The notes beneath the pieces were generated by a model that worked only from the letters and a program-made list of their open reading frames with translations, ran no database searches and was not told where the DNA came from. From an archaeon (GTDB lineage Archaea; Nanobdellota; Nanobdellia; Woesearchaeales; UBA9642): a stretch of 64,000 nucleotides of DNA. A program made the position numbers and the translations under genes. Location: contig JAZDHK010000001.1 in NCBI GenBank assembly GCA_043806035.1, positions 32,001-96,000 on the forward strand, given 5' to 3'. Shown here piece after piece: positions 20,763 to 29,236 of this stretch (its first letter is position 1; each line of letters opens with the position of its first letter).

Positions 20763-21538
20763 CCTCGCCGCTCTTCATTACGAACATGCATCACGAGCAG
20801 CTGGCTGCAGTGCTAGAAGGAGAACAGCTGCCAAAAAAAGCATTGGTCATCATCTGCCACGGCTTCGGAGCACACAAGAACCTTCCCTGGAAGCAGGCGC
20901 TTTCGGCAACACTCCTACAACGAAAACTGCCATCTCTTCGCTTCGACTTCAGCGGCTGTGGTGAAAGCCAAGGACTCTTCGAAGAGTCAACCTATACAAA
21001 ACAGCTTTCTGATTTGTTCAGTGTCATCAACTGGTCATTCGAGCACGGCTATCACCAACTGTACCTTGCCGGGCACAGCAGAGCAGGTAGCGTCGTGCTC
21101 AGGGCGGCAAGCGAACGCCACGGCATATGCGGCGTCATTGACATTGCAGGCGTTGCGTATGTCGAGCAGTTCGACAGGCGTCTTACTGCTGCACAGGCGC
21201 GTGAGCTGCAGCTGACGGGCAAGACTGCCATTCCTTTGCCGATACGGCTGGACGGCAAACTGTTCACCCTCACAAAGGAATTCATCGATGACACAAAGAC
21301 CTGGCATCTCTTCCAAACAGTAAAACATATAAAATGTCCCCTGCTCATCATTCACGGGGAGAAGGACCAGAGCGTTCCTCTGCAGGACAGCAAAGACCTG
21401 TACTGGGAGGCCATGTGCGAAAAAGTCATGGATGTCCTGCCTGGCTGCGACCATTACTTCAGGAGCGAGCAAGAGCAGCAGCTCCTGGCAATCACGATAA
21501 CTCGATGGGTGATGAAACATGAGAACGCTACTTTTTGA
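20759..21538 (+). CDS. Alpha/beta hydrolase
   Basis: CHGF, RFDFSGCGESQG, GHSRAG nucleophile elbow, IIHGEKDQSV, DHYF. Confidence 0.9.
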   Translation: MTSPLFITNMHHEQLAAVLEGEQLPKKALVIICHGFGAHKNLPWKQALSATLLQRKLPSLRFDFSGCGESQGLFEESTYTKQLSDLFSVINWSFEHGYHQLYLAGHSRAGSVVLRAASERHGICGVIDIAGVAYVEQFDRRLTAAQARELQLTGKTAIPLPIRLDGKLFTLTKEFIDDTKTWHLFQTVKHIKCPLLIIHGEKDQSVPLQDSKDLYWEAMCEKVMDVLPGCDHYFRSEQEQQLLAITITRWVMKHENATF

Positions 21539-22169
21539 CCTACACGGCACACTGATAGAGAACGGCGTCTATCCTAGTCCTTTGAAGCAAGTCCGGTATT
21601 TTCTGCGGCTGCACATGCAGTATTCTGACTTCGTGAAAAAATTCGAAGATGTCATGATGCGACAGGCCTTTCCAACGCTCAAGGACGCATTCCTGGAAGT
21701 GGCCAAGGCATTCGACATGGAACTCTCCGAATTCCAGTTCGAGAAGCTCATCGGCATGTGGAACAAGAACAAACTCCTGGCACGGCCATTCCCCGAGACC
21801 ATACAAGCGCTCAAGGAATTACGCAGCAGAGGCTACAAGCTCGTCATTTTGAGCAACTGCGACTGCTTCACGAAGGAAATCGTCGAAAAATACCAGCTCG
21901 AAAAATACGTGGATGGCATCTTCCTCTCCTGCGACACGGGCATGCTCAAGCACGAGCCTGCATTCTTTGAACACGTGCTCAACCAGGTCAAAGCAAAGAA
22001 AGAAGATGCGGTCATGGTAGGTGACAGCATCGAGAGCGACATGCGCAGCGCCGAACTCGCAGGCATACAAGGCATCCTCATTGACAGGAAAGACAGCAGG
22101 AAGTACACGCCATCCATCCGTAGCCTCCACGAGCTCGAGGAGAAACTGATGGGGCTGAACAGTGAGTGA
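21519..22169 (+). CDS. HAD-superfamily hydrolase
   Basis: LFDLHGTL, ILSN, K, MVGDSIESD motifs I-IV. Confidence 0.88.
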   Translation: MRTLLFDLHGTLIENGVYPSPLKQVRYFLRLHMQYSDFVKKFEDVMMRQAFPTLKDAFLEVAKAFDMELSEFQFEKLIGMWNKNKLLARPFPETIQALKELRSRGYKLVILSNCDCFTKEIVEKYQLEKYVDGIFLSCDTGMLKHEPAFFEHVLNQVKAKKEDAVMVGDSIESDMRSAELAGIQGILIDRKDSRKYTPSIRSLHELEEKLMGLNSE

Positions 22170-22572
22170 CTGCATCTTCTGCAAGATAGTCCAGGGAGAG
22201 ATTCCTTGTGAGAAAGTCTATGAGGACAGGAATGTCCTCGCGTTCATGGACATCAAGCCCATCAACAAAGGGCACGTGCTCATCGTCCACAAGCACCACA
22301 AGCGCGATCTTGCTGATTTGAGCGATGAAGAACTTTCTGCAGTCATGCGTAGCGTCAGAATGGTTGCTGTTGCCGTCAAAAAAGCGACGAAGGCGGATGG
22401 CTTCAACATCGGTATGAACAACGGATCTGCGGCAGGGCAGGTCGTCTTCCACGCTCACGTCCACGTCATTCCCCGATTCGCGAACGATGGACTGCAGTCC
22501 TGGCCGGAGAAGGAATGCGCGCAAGACGAGATTGCCAGCATCGCAAAAAACATACGCGCGGCGCTCAAATAA
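22162..22572 (+). CDS. HIT family protein
   Basis: DCIFCKI, AFMDIKP..GHVL, AGQVVFHAHVHVIPR. Confidence 0.95.
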   Translation: MSDCIFCKIVQGEIPCEKVYEDRNVLAFMDIKPINKGHVLIVHKHHKRDLADLSDEELSAVMRSVRMVAVAVKKATKADGFNIGMNNGSAAGQVVFHAHVHVIPRFANDGLQSWPEKECAQDEIASIAKNIRAALK

Positions 22573-22627
22573 CTCGTTTTGTTTCTGCACAACATTTAAA
22601 TAAGGAACATAGCTTCTGGAGCACCAT

Positions 22628-22733
22628 GCGGGTGTAGCTTAACCTGGTTATAGCGCCAGACTCATAGCAGCACTGCGACAACGCATGATGTCGTGAGATC
22701 TGGAGGTCGCGAGTTCAAATCTCGCCACCCGCA
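22628..22733 (+). tRNA. tRNA-Met(CAT), elongator type, with ~31-nt intron (22667-22697)
   Basis: Acceptor GCGGGTG/CACCCGC, anticodon stem CCAGA/TCTGG with CT-CAT-A, T-arm GCGAG-TTCAAAT-CTCGC; relaxed splice motif. Confidence 0.88.
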
Positions 22734-22770
22734 TCAAAATATTTTTATAGATTCTCCGTTTTATTATCTG

Positions 22771-23133
22771 ATACCTTCAGGAAAAATACATCGGGTTATA
22801 AGTTTGAAAAGAACAGATAATGATTATGCTGAATTACATAGGTGGATAGACAATAACCAGGACACACAAGGGGTGGACCACAGGAGTAAAAACCACTATT
22901 ACAGTGAAGAACTCCGCCAATTTGTTTCTGACCATTTTGGAGGTCCTGAAGCGGTTAGTGAATGGCTCTTTCACATAGCACTAGACAATCTCGATACCTC
23001 AGTAATTAATGACTGGAACAATGAAGTTTCGGATAGTAATATTTACACATTTGGCTTTTCTCGAAACGGATATATTTATTATGACGAAGATGAGTTGGAC
23101 GAGGAAGAGATGGAAGAAAAATTTTCAGACTGA
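22771..23133 (+). CDS. Hypothetical His-rich protein (DUF6915-like), apparent ATA start
   Basis: (I)PSGKIH..IS....Y.ELHRWID....DHR...H...FHIALD; AT-rich; the track's start lies inside the tRNA. Confidence 0.5.
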   Translation: MPSGKIHRVISLKRTDNDYAELHRWIDNNQDTQGVDHRSKNHYYSEELRQFVSDHFGGPEAVSEWLFHIALDNLDTSVINDWNNEVSDSNIYTFGFSRNGYIYYDEDELDEEEMEEKFSD

Positions 23134-23408
23134 TTTATTGTCTTCAGATACTCCTTTTTCTCTTTCGGATGGTTCTTGAACAGGTAGTCTTCCAGTGTCG
23201 GGTAGAATGCCTGGACGCGCTTCAGGTCGTGGTTGATGAACTGCCTGTAGGTCATGACGTTTCCTTCAACGTCAAGAATGGCGTCTTCGGGCAGGGTGAG
23301 CATCCTGACGAGATCAGCAAGGCTATCCGTCACGAAGACAATGTTACCGAACTCGTCGAACTTGAACCTGCCCAAGGAATCTCCCTCATACATGATCCAA
23401 CTGCTCAT
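23079..23408 (-). CDS. Hypothetical protein
   Basis: 109-aa ORF with host-like codon usage. Confidence 0.55.
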   Translation of the reverse strand: MSSWIMYEGDSLGRFKFDEFGNIVFVTDSLADLVRMLTLPEDAILDVEGNVMTYRQFINHDLKRVQAFYPTLEDYLFKNHPKEKKEYLKTINQSENFSSISSSSNSSSS

Positions 23409-23460
23409 GCACGTACACACGTTTGGCACTATATATTGCTAAGTATATAGCGAATGAGTA

Positions 23461-23586
23461 CATTGAGGATGCTGCTCTAACGGTCCGCGCTCCGTAACGA
23501 ATGGTGAGCGGCTGCCCGTCTCGAGGGCAATCGCAACAGCTGTGCACCCTGAGAACTCCGCTAGGCGGACTTTCTCAACGATGCCA
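23461..23586 (-). ncRNA. Candidate structured RNA (unclassified)
   Basis: Several stems whose G-U pairs work on the minus strand; TTTAAATA box just upstream. Confidence 0.35.
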
Positions 23587-23638
23587 TGCGCAAACTATTT
23601 AAACACAGAAAACAGCAATACTGGCGTTGGGTGGTTGT

Positions 23639-23761
23639 ATGGAATGTCCTATCTGCGGCAGCAATGATGTCGTCGAAGAAACGATCTACGATGATGAAGA
23701 GACGCTCGAAGGGGCGAACTACAAATTCATCTGCAATGATTGCTCGTACGAATGGGAATGA
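23639..23761 (+). CDS. 40-aa acidic zinc-ribbon protein (TFS/RpoM C-ribbon-like), not in ORF track
   Basis: MECPICGSNDVVEETIYDDEETLEGANYKFICNDCSYEWE; GGGTGG SD-like sequence upstream. Confidence 0.7.
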   Translation: MECPICGSNDVVEETIYDDEETLEGANYKFICNDCSYEWE

Positions 23762-23964
23762 CGCATAACTGATTTTCTCGACGGAAAATCACCGATATTT
23801 TTTTCTTGCATCATTATTTTTTTTAAAAGCGTAAGATATTTAAATAACAAAATCCAGAAATGAAATACAAAAATTGTTTATGACGAGGCGTGTTTCCTGA
23901 TGACGACAATGTGCGCAAAAAATTCTTCTAAACCCGCCTTGCTCTTGTGGAGGAGTGCGTAGAA

Positions 23965-24978
23965 ATGAAAGTTGCTATACTGAGTAATTTATTTCCCGAC
24001 GACAACGAATACAAGGAAGTGGAAGACGATCTCATGGAGTTCGGCAGGAACGTACAGAAAGCACTGGTCAAGTGCGGGCACGAAGTCGTTTTCTTCGATG
24101 TGAACGAGACGACGTTTGAGAAACTTAGGACGGCAGACATTGATATAGCCTTCAACGTCTGTGAGCGATTCAACGGCAATTCTCTTTTCGAGCCGCACGT
24201 CGCCGCAATGCTCGAACTGCTCAACATCCCGTACACGGGATCAGGACCGTTGACATTAGCGACCTGCATCAACAAAGTCAGGGTGAAGGAAATCCTCATG
24301 CATCACGGCATACCGACGCCGCGCTACCAGGTCTTTTATTCCAAGAACAGGAAGCTCAATCCAGAGCTGAACTTTCCTCTCATCGTCAAGCCTGCGCAGA
24401 TGGACAACAGTATCGGCATCAGGAATGACAGTGTCGTGTATACGGAAGACGATTTGCGCAGGAAAGTGGCGTACATCCTAAGGACGTACGACCAGCCAGC
24501 GCTCGTCGAGGAATTCATCGACGGCAGGGAAATCACCGTCGGCATTCTGGGGACGGACAAGACGACCGTGCTGCCCATCGTGGAGACGTGCTTTGACGAC
24601 TTCCCTGAAGGCATGAACAAAATTTTGGGATATGACGCCAAGTGGTACATCAAATGCCCGTACACCTTCCCCGAATCCTTGCCTAAATATCTCGAGGCTC
24701 GCATCAAGAAGATAGCGCTTGACGTGTATGACATACTCGGTGTACGAGATTATGGCAGAGTTGATTTCAGGGTTGGTCCTGATAACGTTCCCTATGTTCT
24801 TGAAATGAATCCTAACCCGGGTATCAGCTTTGAGTGCTTCCTGCCCATCGCTGCGAGAAAGCACGGCATTCAATACCATGAACTCATCAACATGGTTTTG
24901 GTGTTGGCGCTCGAGCGACAGGAGAATAAGATTAAAGTGTTGCCGACACCCAAGCAGGAACGTGTTGAAGTGCAATAA
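23965..24978 (+). CDS. D-Ala-D-Ala ligase-like ATP-grasp enzyme
   Basis: LELLNIPYTGS, FPLIVKP...NSIGI, LVEEFIDGREITV, YGRVDFR, VLEMNPNPG. Confidence 0.9.
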   Translation: MKVAILSNLFPDDNEYKEVEDDLMEFGRNVQKALVKCGHEVVFFDVNETTFEKLRTADIDIAFNVCERFNGNSLFEPHVAAMLELLNIPYTGSGPLTLATCINKVRVKEILMHHGIPTPRYQVFYSKNRKLNPELNFPLIVKPAQMDNSIGIRNDSVVYTEDDLRRKVAYILRTYDQPALVEEFIDGREITVGILGTDKTTVLPIVETCFDDFPEGMNKILGYDAKWYIKCPYTFPESLPKYLEARIKKIALDVYDILGVRDYGRVDFRVGPDNVPYVLEMNPNPGISFECFLPIAARKHGIQYHELINMVLVLALERQENKIKVLPTPKQERVEVQ

Positions 24979-24980
24979 CA

Positions 24981-25883
24981 ATGGAATTCGTTGAGGAGCC
25001 TAACCTCAAGTCAATTCTCTTGAGGGCGATTGGTAGGTGGGGTTTTGCCGCGGAGCATAACTACCACTATTTTACGTACACGAATGAGGAGAAAGACTCA
25101 AAAAATTTCTTCTGGCACAACGGTGATGATAAGGGCATCATGGGCAGGGTTAGAAAGGGAAGATATGAAGTGCTCTTCCCTCCTCTCGCGCCGCCTGCAG
25201 AGCATCTTTCGCTGTGGCTGCAGTTCCTCACATTTATCTTCGACAACGGAGCGATAGCCGCAGAAATTGAGCTCTCTCCTGATATGAAGCAAGAACTCAT
25301 AGCAAAACTCCCTTCTGTATTCAAGGCGAGCAAGCCAAAATGGTATTTCAGCTATCCTGTCTTTGACATGACGACCTGGGATGGAGACACGCTTGAGGGA
25401 GGCAAGTGGAAGGACGTCCGCTACTACTGGAACAAGTTCAACCGAGAGCACAAGCTAGAATTTGTTGACGCAAAGACCTTTTCCAAGGAAGACTTGTACA
25501 AGATCGTTGAGCACTGGAAGCAGGAGAAGAAGAAAAGGCACCAGGAACGTATATGGCACGGCTACTTCTATAACGTCATCAACGCAAACTTTGCAGGATA
25601 TGACCTTGCACGAGTAACCTTGGTCGATGGAAAGCCAGAAGCGCTCATCGCAGGCTTCAACATACCAAATAGCAAAGGCTACTATTCGAGCATAGGCATC
25701 TTCAACGGTAGCATAGACAGGCTGAGCATGGTCTGCAACCTTGACGAGCTGCGGCTGCTCAAAAAACTAGGCTATACATCGGTCGATTTTGGGGGGAGTG
25801 ACAAGAAACTCATGGAATTCAAGATGAAATTCAAGCCTGCAAAGATTTATAAGACACATGTATTTCTCATCAAAAAAACATGA
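24981..25883 (+). CDS. DUF2156/aminoacyl-PG-synthase C-terminal-like (GNAT-fold) protein
   Basis: LEGGKWKDVRYYWNKF...GYTSVDFGGSDKKLMEFKMKFKP. Confidence 0.65.
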   Translation: MEFVEEPNLKSILLRAIGRWGFAAEHNYHYFTYTNEEKDSKNFFWHNGDDKGIMGRVRKGRYEVLFPPLAPPAEHLSLWLQFLTFIFDNGAIAAEIELSPDMKQELIAKLPSVFKASKPKWYFSYPVFDMTTWDGDTLEGGKWKDVRYYWNKFNREHKLEFVDAKTFSKEDLYKIVEHWKQEKKKRHQERIWHGYFYNVINANFAGYDLARVTLVDGKPEALIAGFNIPNSKGYYSSIGIFNGSIDRLSMVCNLDELRLLKKLGYTSVDFGGSDKKLMEFKMKFKPAKIYKTHVFLIKKT

Positions 25884-26761
25884 ATACCAAGGTGCTCACT
25901 TCCGAGGTTGACTGCAGAAAATACTGGGAGCTCTTCTCGCCCCACGAGACGCTGTATGACGAATGGGATTTCAGGATGTGCTTTGCCAAGCAACTCGCAA
26001 GCAACTTACATTTTATCCTCCTTCTTCAGGGAAAAGAACAGGTAGGTTTGATTCCTCTCGTCGAGGAAGACGGAAAGTACATGCTCTTTGGAGGAGACTA
26101 TCCTGACCAGAACAGGATATTCCTGAAGGATAAGAGCCTGCTCAAGCAAGCGATAGCTGCCTGCCCGAGTCCTGCAAAGATACGCTACCTGCGTCAAGAC
26201 CAACAAGTCGATGATGTGCTGCTGCCAGAGACGAACGAGTACACGTACCGCTACTATCTTGACCTCACCAAGCACAACAGCCTTGAATCATTCATGTCCA
26301 CTATGTCCAAGAAACACAGGAAAAACCTCAAATCTGACTTGAAAGACGTTGCACTGCTTAATCCCGCAGTCTCGACTGACCAATTCGACTTCAAGAAGTT
26401 CGTCTTCCTGCAAGTGAAGAATTTTGGCGACGAAAGCTACTTTTCCGATGAGAACATGGTCAAAGGATTCGAGGAACTTATGAACTGGGCAAAACAGCAA
26501 GGCAAGCTCCGTACCATATCCATACTCGTCAATGGTGTCATCGAAAGCATGAGCGTCAGCATCTTCCACAAGGGCATCTGGACATTCCTCAACAGTGCGA
26601 CAAACAAGAGCATACCTAATCTGGGAAAATTCCTCATTGCAACCACGCTCAAGGCGGCCATGACGGAACACTGCACCGAGTTTGATGCCATGTCCTATGA
26701 CTTAGGCTGGAAACAGCTCTGGAATCTGGAGAAGCAGCCATTGTTCTATTTCGAGAAGTAG
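25880..26761 (+). CDS. GNAT/FemAB-like acyltransferase
   Basis: YLDL....ESFMSTMSKKHRKNLK, NLGKFLI, EFDAM...GWKQLW. Confidence 0.7.
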   Translation: MNTKVLTSEVDCRKYWELFSPHETLYDEWDFRMCFAKQLASNLHFILLLQGKEQVGLIPLVEEDGKYMLFGGDYPDQNRIFLKDKSLLKQAIAACPSPAKIRYLRQDQQVDDVLLPETNEYTYRYYLDLTKHNSLESFMSTMSKKHRKNLKSDLKDVALLNPAVSTDQFDFKKFVFLQVKNFGDESYFSDENMVKGFEELMNWAKQQGKLRTISILVNGVIESMSVSIFHKGIWTFLNSATNKSIPNLGKFLIATTLKAAMTEHCTEFDAMSYDLGWKQLWNLEKQPLFYFEK

Positions 26762-26800
26762 CAGCATAACCTTTTTTAACAGACACACGCTTCAGAGTTT

Positions 26801-27706
26801 GTGGTCGAACGTATTCTGCTAGTAGAGCCTCGCGGATTCTGCGCAGGCGTGGATCGTGCCATAACGATAGTTGAGCATGCCCTGCACAAGTACGGCAAAG
26901 TCTACGTTAGGCATCACATCGTTCACAATGAGCACGTCGTCCAGAATTTAGAAAAAAAAGGGGCTGTTTTTGTCGAGGAATTGCAGTACATTCCTGATGG
27001 GAGCGTGGTGATTTTCAGTGCGCATGGTATCGCTCCACAGGTCGAAGAGGAAGCACAGCAGAGAAACTTGCACGTCATCGATGCCACGTGTCCTCTCGTC
27101 AAAAAGGTGCATGTCGAAGCGAGACGCTACCACCAGCAAGGCATGGACCTTGTCCTGATAGGCCATAAAGGACATCCGGAAGTGCTGGGAACGATGGGCT
27201 ATGCACCCATGCACCTTGTCGAGAACAGTGCGGACGTGGAAGCGCTGCCTTTGCTGAACAGGCCATGCTATCTCACCCAGACCACGCTGTCAGTGGATGA
27301 GACGAACGACATCGTCCTCGCATTGCGCAAAAAATATCCTGTACTGACGACCGTGCCGTTGAGCGACATCTGCTATGCTACGCAGAACCGGCAACAAGCG
27401 GTAAAAGAGCTTGCCAAGCAGGCAGAGCTTATCATTGTCGTTGGCTCCCCGCAAAGCTCGAACACAAAACGCTTGGCAGAAGCGGCAGAACGGGCAGGCA
27501 GCAAAGCGGTCCGTATCTTTGACAGGACAACATTACGCAAGGAATTTCTGAACAGTCGTGTCATCGGCATAACATCGGGAGCGAGCACGCCTGAATCTGA
27601 CGTTATCGGTGTTGTTGAGCACATACGCTCGTGGTATCCGCAGGCACGCACAGAACGAGTAATACGCGCAGAAGAGCATCTGCAATTCAGCCTTCCTCCT
27701 CTTTAG
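26801..27706 (+). CDS. ispH: 4-hydroxy-3-methylbut-2-enyl diphosphate reductase
   Basis: PRGFCAGVDRA, IVHN, SAHG, DATCPLV, GHPEV, QTT, ICYATQNRQ, SSN, GASTP. Confidence 0.97.
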   Translation: MVERILLVEPRGFCAGVDRAITIVEHALHKYGKVYVRHHIVHNEHVVQNLEKKGAVFVEELQYIPDGSVVIFSAHGIAPQVEEEAQQRNLHVIDATCPLVKKVHVEARRYHQQGMDLVLIGHKGHPEVLGTMGYAPMHLVENSADVEALPLLNRPCYLTQTTLSVDETNDIVLALRKKYPVLTTVPLSDICYATQNRQQAVKELAKQAELIIVVGSPQSSNTKRLAEAAERAGSKAVRIFDRTTLRKEFLNSRVIGITSGASTPESDVIGVVEHIRSWYPQARTERVIRAEEHLQFSLPPL

Positions 27707-28254
27707 CCAAGAAGCTTTGCAATGGTCTCCCCTTTCATTTCACGGATCTCTTCCTTGCTCAGCCCCTCGAGCTCATGAGGGAAAATCAGCCAGGCATTCG
27801 TACGATGGATGTAATAATCGGGAATTCTCTTTGTCTTGTTGCGATCTGGCTTGTAATATACCGTCGCCACTCTTGTTTTCTCTGGAAAGTTCCTGCGCAT
27901 TTTATCCTGCAAGGTGCTAATGACTGCCTCGATACTCCTTCCCGAATCGAAGACATCATCAACGAGCAAGAGTGAGTTTTCTGCATTCGCGGTATCGATA
28001 ATGTAGTGCAGGCCATACACGGCGATCTCCTGTCTGATGCAGTCTATACCTTCATACGCTTCAGTGCGTATAGCTATGTGTTTTGACGCGTGGCCTTTGT
28101 ACGTGAAGAATTCCTGCACGGCAATCCCCACAGGAGTCCCTCCCCGCCAGATGCCTACAATGAAATCAGGAAGGAAGTTGTCGTCATAAATCCTTTTTGC
28201 CAACAGAAAAGAATCCTCAAGCAGACTCTGTGCCGAAATGGAGAGCTTGTCCAT
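27703..28254 (-). CDS. Purine phosphoribosyltransferase
   Basis: GIWRGG, LLVDDVFDSGRS PRPP loop, PDYY..WLIFPHE. Confidence 0.9.
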   Translation of the reverse strand: MDKLSISAQSLLEDSFLLAKRIYDDNFLPDFIVGIWRGGTPVGIAVQEFFTYKGHASKHIAIRTEAYEGIDCIRQEIAVYGLHYIIDTANAENSLLLVDDVFDSGRSIEAVISTLQDKMRRNFPEKTRVATVYYKPDRNKTKRIPDYYIHRTNAWLIFPHELEGLSKEEIREMKGETIAKLLG

Positions 28255-28322
28255 GCAAGGCGAGAATGTGCTTGAGTTTATATTCTTTGCCTGCTGCGAA
28301 GGATTACTTGGCAAGTGTTGCA

Positions 28323-28586
28323 TCATAGCTGAAATGCCAGCATCCATGCTTCGTAATCGGGCTGCCTAAACAAGTAGTCCACAAATTCCTTCTTCGAGAG
28401 GTTTTTCCTCTGCGCCTGGAATGCTATCTGACTGCTCATGCTCTCATACAACGTGCCCCGTGAGGGAACGGCAGCGCCCCATTCCAACAGAGCGCCTAGG
28501 AGAGAGGCATTGTCCACAGGGTTTGCTTGCTTATGCTCCTCTAGCCTCAATTCCAGATACGGCTTCAATTCGTCTTTCTGTTCCAT
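28323..28586 (-). CDS. Hypothetical protein
   Basis: About 87-aa ORF; no motif recognised. Confidence 0.45.
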   Translation of the reverse strand: MEQKDELKPYLELRLEEHKQANPVDNASLLGALLEWGAAVPSRGTLYESMSSQIAFQAQRKNLSKKEFVDYLFRQPDYEAWMLAFQL

Positions 28587-28706
28587 GGCTGTTGTTTGAT
28601 TTGTCACGTTTTAAGTAAATTATGGTCATGAATACTCTATGCGCAAACATACGTTATCGAGAACACTCCTTTTTGCATCTTGTTTGAGTAGTGAAAAGGG
28701 CATGCT

Positions 28707-29084
28707 TTATGTATAGTTCTCCTCGAAGTCAGCAAGCAATTCCCGCAGTTCCTTCTGCGTCAGCAGCGTCTCAGGGTCAAAGGAGTCAACCTCTGTTCGA
28801 AAGCGTGAAAGTTCTTCTTGCTTGACTGCAGTCTTCATGGACTGCGCCAATGTATTGAGCATGATGTTGATGTGCTGCACATCTTCTCGTGCAGCGGCGA
28901 TGGCAGCATGCACTGCAGCAAGATCATCGCTGAACGTCTTGCTCTGCTCGAGCATCCGTTCCTGGCGCGACGTTTCCTCATCCAGCAGTGCCAATGCATC
29001 TTTATCCAGCGCCCCCGTCTGCTTGTCCACGCGAGCCAGCACGCTATTGAGCTGCATGATGTCATCAGGAGAGATTCGTGTCAT
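28707..29084 (-). CDS. Hypothetical coiled-coil protein
   Basis: Heptad-rich ORF; start set at MTRISPDD downstream of TATATAAA. Confidence 0.6.
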   Translation of the reverse strand: MTRISPDDIMQLNSVLARVDKQTGALDKDALALLDEETSRQERMLEQSKTFSDDLAAVHAAIAAAREDVQHINIMLNTLAQSMKTAVKQEELSRFRTEVDSFDPETLLTQKELRELLADFEENYT

Positions 29085-29236
29085 GCCCTTCTTGTCGAAT
29101 TCCTGATTTATATACTTTCTGACAAGGTGAGGCAGTAACGGGCAACCTATCCGAGCACGCGCGAATACACTCTCTAATGAGAACAAAAGGTTTTTATATC
29201 AGTAAGCTAAGAATTGCTCTCAAAAGGGGTGATTAT

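Noticed and set aside
23560-23580. RNase P RNA (minus-strand GAGAAAGTCC resembles the P4 5' strand)
   Set aside because: Region is too short and no matching 3' P4 strand was found
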